DNA from: a virus
Virus record (IMG/VR): IMGVR_UViG_3300030107_002093
Location: 1-64,000 of that record
Length of the DNA: 64,000 bases
Reading direction: 5' to 3' (one strand)
The notes beneath the pieces were generated by a model. It worked only from the letters and a program-made list of their open reading frames with translations. It ran no database searches and was not told the DNA's origin. Position numbers and translations under genes: made by a program. Positions 9,849 through 17,506 of this stretch are shown here, one piece after another. Each line of letters opens with the position of its first letter. Within the stretch, counting starts at the first letter, position 1.

Positions 9849-11290
9849 TGGAACTAGATGACATGGACTTCGTTTCTGCAATGGACATGGAGATGTCCAA
9901 GACATCCTTCCCATACTTCTTCCAGAACGTCCTCGGTATGATGTTCCCACCATACATGGAGGAATGGCTTGAGTCGATGCAGACGACTGATAGGACTGTC
10001 ATCATCTGTAGTCGTGACCACGGCAAGTCCGTCTTCATGCATTGTTGGGTTGTATGGAACCTAGTATTCCAAGAGCCACCATATCAGATGCTATACATCT
10101 CATCGAACCAGAAGCAGACTCTTGTTCACATGCGCGAGATTGACAGATACTTCAATCATCCAGCATTGAAGAAGTTCCGCCCCAGTAGGAACTGGGCCAT
10201 TGGTAACATACAACTCACTAATGGCAACGCAATCCTAGAGAGGTCAGTTGGCTCTCAGATTAGAGGACTCCATCCACAGGAGATTATCATTGACGACCCC
10301 TTGAAGGAGTTCAGTCTATCTGCTATCCAAAGAGTGACTGACTGGTTCTTCGGTGACATGATACCCACTCTTCACCACACATCCAACCTGCGAATGATTG
10401 GGACACCATTCACATACACTGACATCTTCGCACAATTGGAAGAGAACCAAGCATACACCGTAACCAAGTATCCCTGTTTCAATGCATTGAACGAACCACT
10501 ATGGCCTGAGAGATGGGATAGTGATGCTCTGTTACAAAGGAAGGCTGAGATTGGTTCCCTCAAGTTTACCCGTGAGTATCTGTGTGTTCCCATATCAACT
10601 GGAACCTCGCTGTTCAATCCAGAATTCATACAGAACTGTAAGAACAAGGAATACGTTCTGAAACTAGGAAATAGGAAGGACAAGGGATACAAGTATTACG
10701 TTGGGGTTGACCCAGCGATATCCACTGATGGTGACTACAATGTGATAACAGTCTTGGAAGTGGATGATGAGGCAAACAAAACCATTGTCCATGTAGACCG
10801 AGCAAAGAACGTTGAGTTCAGGGAAAACATAGAGAAGATTAGACTGATTGGTAAGATATTCCAACCGGAAGTGGTTCTCTATGAAACTAACACTTTCGCC
10901 AAGGCATTTACTCAGGAGTTGAGAAGTATTTCTGACTTGAACATCAAGGACTTTGACACCACTCGTAAGAAGAAGCAAGAGATAATACTCAACCTACAAA
11001 TGAACATAGAGAATGGGAAATTGAATTTCCCCTATGGCGATAATGCCAGCAGAAGGTTGACTAACCTGTTGATTGAGGAACTATCCATGTTCAGCATCAC
11101 GGAGTCTGGTCGCTTTGAGGGAGTAGGCGCACATGACGACTTGGTTATGAGCCTCGCTTTAGCCAATGCCGCGACTCAAGCACCAAGCGAGAACTTTATC
11201 CTCCTAGATGATATGGACTTGTTTGATACGACTCCGGTAAGACCTATGGGCAACGTTATGCCCGGAGGAATAATGGGATTGAATATCTAG
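9848..11290 (+). CDS. terL: terminase large subunit
   Basis: Walker A SRDHGKS, Walker B IIIDD, IGTP coupling motif, nuclease motifs GVDPA and HDDLVMS. Confidence 0.93.
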   Translation: MELDDMDFVSAMDMEMSKTSFPYFFQNVLGMMFPPYMEEWLESMQTTDRTVIICSRDHGKSVFMHCWVVWNLVFQEPPYQMLYISSNQKQTLVHMREIDRYFNHPALKKFRPSRNWAIGNIQLTNGNAILERSVGSQIRGLHPQEIIIDDPLKEFSLSAIQRVTDWFFGDMIPTLHHTSNLRMIGTPFTYTDIFAQLEENQAYTVTKYPCFNALNEPLWPERWDSDALLQRKAEIGSLKFTREYLCVPISTGTSLFNPEFIQNCKNKEYVLKLGNRKDKGYKYYVGVDPAISTDGDYNVITVLEVDDEANKTIVHVDRAKNVEFRENIEKIRLIGKIFQPEVVLYETNTFAKAFTQELRSISDLNIKDFDTTRKKKQEIILNLQMNIENGKLNFPYGDNASRRLTNLLIEELSMFSITESGRFEGVGAHDDLVMSLALANAATQAPSENFILLDDMDLFDTTPVRPMGNVMPGGIMGLNI

Positions 11291-11298
11291 GTGATACT

Positions 11299-12750
11299 AT
11301 GGGTGTGAAAGGAGACAAACTAAGGGAAGTTGCCGCTCTTGCTGACGAAGAGGAGACATTAGTAGAAGAGCAACAGAGACTCACTGAAGAACTAAGGCGT
11401 TCTTGGTTGTCTGACCAACCCGTATCAAACCATTTTGACATTGAGAAGAAATTCGCAGTAGAGAACAAGGTTTCCCTATCCGATGCTAAGAAGCAACTGA
11501 ATGAGGATTTCAAGAAATACGAGGTAGAGGGGAAGGACATTCCATCGTTAATCAAGGAACTCAAGAACTACCGTAGGACTTTGAAAGGCGAGGAGAAAGT
11601 CAAGATTACACAATCCATTGACAATCTCATCAAGGGCTATGCATCCCATTTGGATGAGACAATAGAGAAGATATACTGGCTTGCCAAATACAAGCCTGTG
11701 GTCAAGGAGATGGTTTGTTCCGAGGAGCAACTAATCAAACTCTCATACATCCACGATGAGAACACTCGTAGAGAAGCATTGGACTCCCTCTGCAAGTATT
11801 GGGAAGCGAGGTTGGATAGAGCAGAAAGCCCATACAACTCTAGATACTCCTCGTTGACCAAGGAGATGACCAATAGCAAGAAGGCATTCAAGAAGACAAT
11901 CAAGGAACACATGCCAAGCATTGGGCCGAAGGATATCATCAAGCAAGAGATTCTACATGCAGTATGTGAAGAGCCGGGAATATCTGCTAGGCAGATACAT
12001 GAGAGACTACCTAAGAACCTCTTCAAGAAAACGTCACCTAGTATCATCTCTAAGATGGCTAGGACTCAGAATATCACCACGGTTGATGGTGCGTTCTACA
12101 AGTTCAGTGATGACATCAAGAAGGACATCTATGCATACACTGCCGCTTTCATTGACTCAGATGGATACATTACAATGGACAAAAATTTTAATCCAAGAGT
12201 TGGACTCGTTGCCACTGGCGATAGGGGGAAGGCATTCATGCTAGAGATGCACAAGTCGCTAGGTTGTGGTAGACTGCACTTAGACCAAAAATCCCCACAA
12301 GATACGAAACCCGTTAATAGACTGAATTTTTACTCTGCGGCAGATGTCGGAGAAATACTTACGAAATGTAGGCCTTTCCTGAAGATGAAAGGGACTAATG
12401 CTGACATTCTCCTTGAGTTGCTGAGAATGAAGAAATCCCATAAGAAGGCTGATTGGTATAAGCCCAGAAGGGAAGAACTTTTCCAACTGATGAAGTATGA
12501 GAACCACAAGGATAACACGAATTACGATTTCGCTAAATATGGGATAGACAGAGAAACAGTCTTCAAGTTCCATGATAACTCTAAGATGACAGAGATGGAT
12601 GTAATCGAAGGAGTCATCAAGGGTGCAGATGAGGCCATTGATGATTTAGAGGAGATTGCTGAGGAGCATGACCTATCAGAGGATGAGTGGAGTTCAGTAG
12701 ATGATGCGTCTGACTATCTTTTTGAGCATAAGGTGATGGAGGAAGAGTAG
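11299..12750 (+). CDS. multidomain protein: coiled coil, winged-HTH-like, single LAGLIDADG endonuclease-like domain, acidic tail
   Basis: YAYTAAFIDSDGYI LAGLIDADG helix, ILTKCRPFLKMK; ILHAVCEEPGISARQIHERL HTH-like. Confidence 0.75.
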   Translation: MGVKGDKLREVAALADEEETLVEEQQRLTEELRRSWLSDQPVSNHFDIEKKFAVENKVSLSDAKKQLNEDFKKYEVEGKDIPSLIKELKNYRRTLKGEEKVKITQSIDNLIKGYASHLDETIEKIYWLAKYKPVVKEMVCSEEQLIKLSYIHDENTRREALDSLCKYWEARLDRAESPYNSRYSSLTKEMTNSKKAFKKTIKEHMPSIGPKDIIKQEILHAVCEEPGISARQIHERLPKNLFKKTSPSIISKMARTQNITTVDGAFYKFSDDIKKDIYAYTAAFIDSDGYITMDKNFNPRVGLVATGDRGKAFMLEMHKSLGCGRLHLDQKSPQDTKPVNRLNFYSAADVGEILTKCRPFLKMKGTNADILLELLRMKKSHKKADWYKPRREELFQLMKYENHKDNTNYDFAKYGIDRETVFKFHDNSKMTEMDVIEGVIKGADEAIDDLEEIAEEHDLSEDEWSSVDDASDYLFEHKVMEEE

Positions 12751-12752
12751 GT

Positions 12753-14390
12753 ATGGCAGACGAGAAAAGGAGATTCAGCATTGGAAATTTGTTTAGGAGG
12801 ACTACCCCTAAGCCAGCAGATAGGACGGTATACAATCCGGGGATTCAAGAGAAGGACACATCATACCTATTGACTTCACCTGTTATCTATCACATTGCCC
12901 AACAGTCAGTGATTGTCAGGACATGTGTAACCCAGTTGAAGAATGAGGTATTCAGAAGAGGATATCTCTGGGAAGAGAAGTTCGTCAAGAAGTGCATGGA
13001 TTGCGGTAAGGAACACCAATCACCAGTAGACCAATGTGCAGAGTGTGAATCCCCCAATCTAGAGAAGCCCAACCCTGAGCAGTTGAAGTATGCGCAGAAG
13101 TTCCTAGAGGGCTATGTCAACAAGGCAGAGCAACTGTTCATTGACGTATTGAAGGAATTGGAGGATGACTTGAACATCATGGATGATGCCTATTTGGTTT
13201 TAGTTAAGGAATACTTCATGGATAACAACAACCAGATTCGTATGCATAGAATCAAGGAGGTCTATCGTGGCGACCCTGTGACTATGCACATCTACTCTAA
13301 CGACTTAGGGGAAAGGGGCAAGGGAGGGTATGTCTGTGTAAAACACAGAGATAGAATAGAAACGAGTTCGACTGGACTCTGTGAGGAATGCAACTCAGAA
13401 CTTCATCCAGTTCACTATGTCAATAGAGTGAAGGGAGAGGAGCAATACTTCACGAAGGGAGAGGTGTTGCATTTCAGCAAATACTCTCCCGGTAGGATGT
13501 ATGGGCTATCTCCAATAATCACACTATGGAATCATGTGACTACGCTAATCGCAATGGAGAACTACGTTAACTCATCATACACCAAGGCTAGAATGCCGAA
13601 GGGATTGCTCGCAGTCCAGACTAGGAACATTGACTCCATGAAGTCCTTCTGGCGAAGCGTCAAGGAGAAGATGGAGACTGACCCACACTTCATTCCTGTA
13701 ATGGGAATCGAGGCAGAGAACGGTAAGGGTTCGATTGAGTGGGTGAAGTTCATGGATAGCCTCAAGGAGATGGATTACATCTCTGTCAAGGATGACTTGA
13801 GAGATAGGATATCAGGTTTCTATGGAGTGAGCAAGGTCTTCATGGCAGATAACTCTGCAAGTGGTGGCCTGAACAATGAGGGTATGCAGATTCTAGTTAC
13901 GAACAGAGCGGTTGAGATGGCCCAGACAATCTGGAACAACTACGTCTTCCCATTCGTCACGCAGGAATTCGGAATCTTAGATTGGGAACTGAAACTCCCA
14001 CCTTCCGAGGAAGAGGATGAGATAGCCAAACTCCGTAAGAGGGAGATTGAAGTCAACGTTGCATCCGCTATCAAGAACCTTGGATTTGAGGTCAATATGG
14101 ATGACGAAGGACGTTTCACCTATGTGAAGCCACCACAACCAGAAGACCAACAGGGACAAGACGAAGTAGAACTAGACCCATACGCTGGAACCAATATCGA
14201 TGCTGGTCATTTAGGTCAGATGATGGAAGCGGGTAATAAACCCTCAATGGCAGATGCGGGTAAACCAGCAGAGGTAAAATCTAGGAATAAGCCTAGTATG
14301 AGCGTTGGGCCTGATAAGAGATTCAGTGGATTGCCGAAAGACGCAGGTAATGAAAACGTGGATAAGCGAACAGAGAGGCGAGTCGGTTGA
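12753..14390 (+). CDS. portal protein with Zn-ribbon insertions
   Basis: Position after TerL; EVLHFSKYSPGRMYGLSPI, MPKGLL and ISGFYGVSKVF portal-like segments; CMDC/CAEC and CVKH/CEEC inserts. Confidence 0.88.
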   Translation: MADEKRRFSIGNLFRRTTPKPADRTVYNPGIQEKDTSYLLTSPVIYHIAQQSVIVRTCVTQLKNEVFRRGYLWEEKFVKKCMDCGKEHQSPVDQCAECESPNLEKPNPEQLKYAQKFLEGYVNKAEQLFIDVLKELEDDLNIMDDAYLVLVKEYFMDNNNQIRMHRIKEVYRGDPVTMHIYSNDLGERGKGGYVCVKHRDRIETSSTGLCEECNSELHPVHYVNRVKGEEQYFTKGEVLHFSKYSPGRMYGLSPIITLWNHVTTLIAMENYVNSSYTKARMPKGLLAVQTRNIDSMKSFWRSVKEKMETDPHFIPVMGIEAENGKGSIEWVKFMDSLKEMDYISVKDDLRDRISGFYGVSKVFMADNSASGGLNNEGMQILVTNRAVEMAQTIWNNYVFPFVTQEFGILDWELKLPPSEEEDEIAKLRKREIEVNVASAIKNLGFEVNMDDEGRFTYVKPPQPEDQQGQDEVELDPYAGTNIDAGHLGQMMEAGNKPSMADAGKPAEVKSRNKPSMSVGPDKRFSGLPKDAGNENVDKRTERRVG

Positions 14391-14491
14391 GCGATTTGCT
14401 TGAGATAGCGAAAAGATGGAAAGAAGAAATTGACAAATTGAATGCAGAGACTGATGAAAGATTAAGAAAATATTTGGAGGAAGGAAAATGA
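14387..14491 (+). CDS. 34-aa helical peptide (MSDLLEIAKRWKEEIDKLNAETDERLRKYLEEGK), not in ORF track
   Basis: TTGA overlap with portal stop and ATGA overlap with next gene; fills the gap exactly. Confidence 0.6.
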   Translation: MSDLLEIAKRWKEEIDKLNAETDERLRKYLEEGK

Positions 14492-14712
14492 GTGAAGAAA
14501 AAGGCGTAAGACAATTGGAACGAGAACTGAAAGCCGCAAGGAGCAGACAAAGAGCGGAGCATGAGAATAAGGTCACGAAAACCCGTGACTTCTCTGTGGG
14601 TGGGGTAGACCCTAACACGAAGAAAAAGGATAAGCCTGATTCAGCAGATATTCCAAATGCAATCTTACTACCAAAGAAGAAGAAACCAAGGAAAGAGAAC
14701 ATACCATTCTAA
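14488..14712 (+). CDS. small basic hypothetical protein
   Basis: GGAGG SD; K/R-rich. Confidence 0.7.
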   Translation: MSEEKGVRQLERELKAARSRQRAEHENKVTKTRDFSVGGVDPNTKKKDKPDSADIPNAILLPKKKKPRKENIPF

Positions 14713-14725
14713 GGGGGCTGATTAG

Positions 14726-15904
14726 TTGTCATACATGGATATCCTCAGAAAGCAGGGTGGGGAAGTCCATGATGACATCTATGACATCAAGGGGAATCTC
14801 ACCCCAAAGCAATTGAGGACTGCATCTAGCAAATGGAATGAGGAACAATTTGGCCCTAACCTACTAGCACAACCTGCTCCACTAAAAGACAGAAGGGCGA
14901 GAGCAGATGGAGATTGGAAAACCAATCCCGGCTTCATGGCTAATTCAAGTAAGGTTCTAGATAGAATAGAGGCATTGCCATCCGCTACTACTCCCGAAGA
15001 GATGATGAGTGCAGAATACTCATTGAGAGGCGAGATAGAAGAAATCCTAGAAGGCTTGCAAGAAGGCTATGTAAAGGAGATGGAACGCAGAGGCAAGCAA
15101 AAAGAGCAATTCAAACAACGGGTCTTCGATGTAGACGCAATGGAAGAGATACTCCGGATGACTGCCAAGTTCGATAACCCAGCCATGTTAGAGGAGAAGT
15201 TCCCACAGAAAGAGAAGTTCATCAAGGATTGGGGAACGGATTTCGCTTCCTACAAGGACAAGATAGATGCCTTCCTGTATTACGGTGAGCCAGTAGCAGG
15301 TTCGGTCAGAGAGATGTTCCTTGAATCTCCGAATGCTTCTAGATTCGATAAGGAGTCCTCTGAGTGGATGGAAGGAGAGGAATCAGCATACAAGAAGTAT
15401 AATGGCAAACTCTCCAAAGAGGTATGGGAGGACTTGATGAACTTCTTGGGCTTAGAAATCATGCGTGGTTCTGATAAGGATATTTCTAGAGGAAGATTAG
15501 AACAACACATACAATTCGATGAGAAGAACCTTGACCAGATTTTCCACTTGATACCAGAGGACAATCTACTAGAGAAATTCCCAGTATTGTTTGAAGAGGA
15601 CTCATTCGATGATTTAGAGAGTGCGCTCTACATTCTAATAGAAGATGTCATGGAAATGCATGATGACTATCTGGATGCTGATGAAACCGATGAGAAGACA
15701 GAAGATAACATCGAGAAGTATCTAACAGCAATAGAGTTCCTGATGCATGTCTTTGAGATAACAAAGACGGATGATTACGTTAATGAGAAAGTATTGAAGG
15801 AACTAGAAGAGATAGAGAGTCCAAGGCCATTCCAACCCCATAGAGAATTCAGAAATATAATAGACGCACATGATGTGTGGGATGAAGAGGAGGAGTCTGA
15901 ATGA
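14726..15904 (+). CDS. acidic protein with MSYMDILRK tag variant
   Basis: TTG start, 392 aa. Confidence 0.75.
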   Translation: MSYMDILRKQGGEVHDDIYDIKGNLTPKQLRTASSKWNEEQFGPNLLAQPAPLKDRRARADGDWKTNPGFMANSSKVLDRIEALPSATTPEEMMSAEYSLRGEIEEILEGLQEGYVKEMERRGKQKEQFKQRVFDVDAMEEILRMTAKFDNPAMLEEKFPQKEKFIKDWGTDFASYKDKIDAFLYYGEPVAGSVREMFLESPNASRFDKESSEWMEGEESAYKKYNGKLSKEVWEDLMNFLGLEIMRGSDKDISRGRLEQHIQFDEKNLDQIFHLIPEDNLLEKFPVLFEEDSFDDLESALYILIEDVMEMHDDYLDADETDEKTEDNIEKYLTAIEFLMHVFEITKTDDYVNEKVLKELEEIESPRPFQPHREFRNIIDAHDVWDEEEESE

Positions 15905-16224
15905 GTTGGCAATCTATCCTAAAAACCAATGGTCTAGTAGAGAAACTAGAGCCTAAACAGAAGAAGAGAATAAAGAAACTCCTACAGGCGGCTCAACCAA
16001 CAGAGTTCATGGGTCAGGAGATAGCGCAATTGTCTGATTTGTTGGAAGAGATGAAGGGTCTTGACTTAGTGAAGAACGATAAGAACATGCAGAAGAAGTT
16101 TGAGAAGTTCGATGAAAACAACTTAGACCTAGTTGCTACAGCCTCCGAACTACGGAAGGATTACGAGACACTATACAATCAGTTGAGAAAAGAGATTTAC
16201 CCAAAGAAGGAGAGGAAGAAATGA
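15901..16224 (+). CDS. coiled-coil protein with MSWQSILK tag
   Basis: GGAGG SD, 107 aa; start overlaps the upstream stop. Confidence 0.75.
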   Translation: MSWQSILKTNGLVEKLEPKQKKRIKKLLQAAQPTEFMGQEIAQLSDLLEEMKGLDLVKNDKNMQKKFEKFDENNLDLVATASELRKDYETLYNQLRKEIYPKKERKK

Positions 16225-16406
16225 GTTGGCAAGATATATTGAAGAAGATTCCCATCCCTAAAGAAACCGAAGGTAACTTTAGAGGAAAAGAACCTGCTAC
16301 TGCTGAAGGCAGATACGGCACTAAAGTCACACCCGAAGACATAGAAAGGGAAATGGAAGAAAGAAGAAAGGAAGATGAGGAACAAGGGATTCCTCCGATG
16401 GATTGA
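16221..16406 (+). CDS. small protein with MSWQDILK tag
   Basis: ATGA overlap; 61 aa. Confidence 0.7.
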   Translation: MSWQDILKKIPIPKETEGNFRGKEPATAEGRYGTKVTPEDIEREMEERRKEDEEQGIPPMD

Positions 16407-16816
16407 TTGAAATGAACATGAGAGGAATACTACAGGACAACCTTCGCAAGCAGAAGTGGTTCAGCATCATTAAGCAAGATATTGGTGACCTCGCTGGTGA
16501 GATTGCTGACATGCTGGACAACAACGAGGCCATTATGGGTGTGACTCCCGATGGTGACTACGATGACATGCTGGATGGATACAGGGACAGTGGTGAAACA
16601 CATGTTACAGACTACATCTCATTAGAGCCAACATACCAACACGAAGAGGATGAGGAAGTGACAATAGAATTCGATTTGAACTTCTGGGACTACAAAAATC
16701 ACCTTAGACTAGGTTCATATACAGGTGATAGTGGCTACTACATAGCGATGGAAGATTGGGGCGAGGAAGATAGAGAAGCACTACTGGCCCTGAAGGAACA
16801 TTTGGAGGAGATATAA
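16403..16816 (+). CDS. highly acidic protein with near-N-terminal WFSIIK motif
   Basis: Start uncertain (16403, 16412 or 16418); motif at 16457-16474. Confidence 0.7.
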   Translation: MIEMNMRGILQDNLRKQKWFSIIKQDIGDLAGEIADMLDNNEAIMGVTPDGDYDDMLDGYRDSGETHVTDYISLEPTYQHEEDEEVTIEFDLNFWDYKNHLRLGSYTGDSGYYIAMEDWGEEDREALLALKEHLEEI

Positions 16817-17052
16817 TGACAAGCGAAGAAAACAATGAGATGATACTACTACTGAAGGAACTAGTCAATAAAGTCAAGTCACTTGAGGAGGTCGTCTATC
16901 AGAAAGATAATCTACTTATGAAAAGTGGACTCGTAGTAGTTGATAGCCCAACGCCATCACTAGGCAATGAAACAACCGCATTCTCAGGAGATACAGTAGC
17001 AAAGATGGATTGGTCACAGATTAGCGATATCATAGAGACAATAGAGGGATAG
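16816..17052 (+). CDS. small coiled-coil protein resembling a miniature scaffold
   Basis: Heptad N-half, NLLMK-S, C-terminal MDWSQISDIIE similar to scaffold ISWSDIHSIVE. Confidence 0.65.
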   Translation: MTSEENNEMILLLKELVNKVKSLEEVVYQKDNLLMKSGLVVVDSPTPSLGNETTAFSGDTVAKMDWSQISDIIETIEG

Positions 17053-17053
17053 T

Positions 17054-17245
17054 ATGGCATGGAGAGAACTTCTGAAGAAAAACCTCGATGAAGAAGAGGA
17101 AGAACTTGAGAAGATACTACCCGCAGTGGCGGCAGGGGCAAGAGCCGCCGCCTCTTCACCTACAGGAAAGAAAGTAATAGCACAAGGCGCACAGATGGGT
17201 GCTAATTATGCAATGGACAAATATCAACAAAACAAAAAGCAGTGA
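17054..17245 (+). CDS. 63-aa protein: MAWRELLK tag, acidic spacer, amphipathic Ala/Gly-rich peptide
   Basis: Translated sequence; GAGG SD. Confidence 0.7.
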   Translation: MAWRELLKKNLDEEEEELEKILPAVAAGARAAASSPTGKKVIAQGAQMGANYAMDKYQQNKKQ

Positions 17246-17251
17246 TGAAAA

Positions 17252-17494
17252 ATGGCAACGAATCTACAGAATGTAAACAAGGCTATAGCAAAGGCCAAGG
17301 CAATTCTACAAGAAGCCGAACATCTAGGCATTATTGAGAACAAGGATGACTTGAAGGGTGAGGAAGTGAAGGTCAAGAAGCCCAAGAAAAATCCAGCAGA
17401 GGAGAAGATAAAGAATCCTACTGCCAAGGATGATACGTCATCTGGCTATGGTCACGTTGGTGACAAGCACTACATTGGTAAGACGGATAATTAG
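17252..17494 (+). CDS. small Lys-rich hypothetical protein
   Basis: 80-aa ORF within the operon. Confidence 0.65.
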   Translation: MATNLQNVNKAIAKAKAILQEAEHLGIIENKDDLKGEEVKVKKPKKNPAEEKIKNPTAKDDTSSGYGHVGDKHYIGKTDN

Positions 17495-17506
17495 GTGTGG
17501 GGATGA

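Noticed and set aside
11299-12750. LAGLIDADG domain as an intein or intron in terL or portal
   Set aside because: No intein Cys/Ser start or His-Asn end around the domain; terL and portal look complete and this ORF has its own SD and start
269-17080. MSWxDILK as a secretion signal or a purely DNA-level regulatory repeat
   Set aside because: No hydrophobic core; synonymous variation and internal in-frame copies point to a peptide motif
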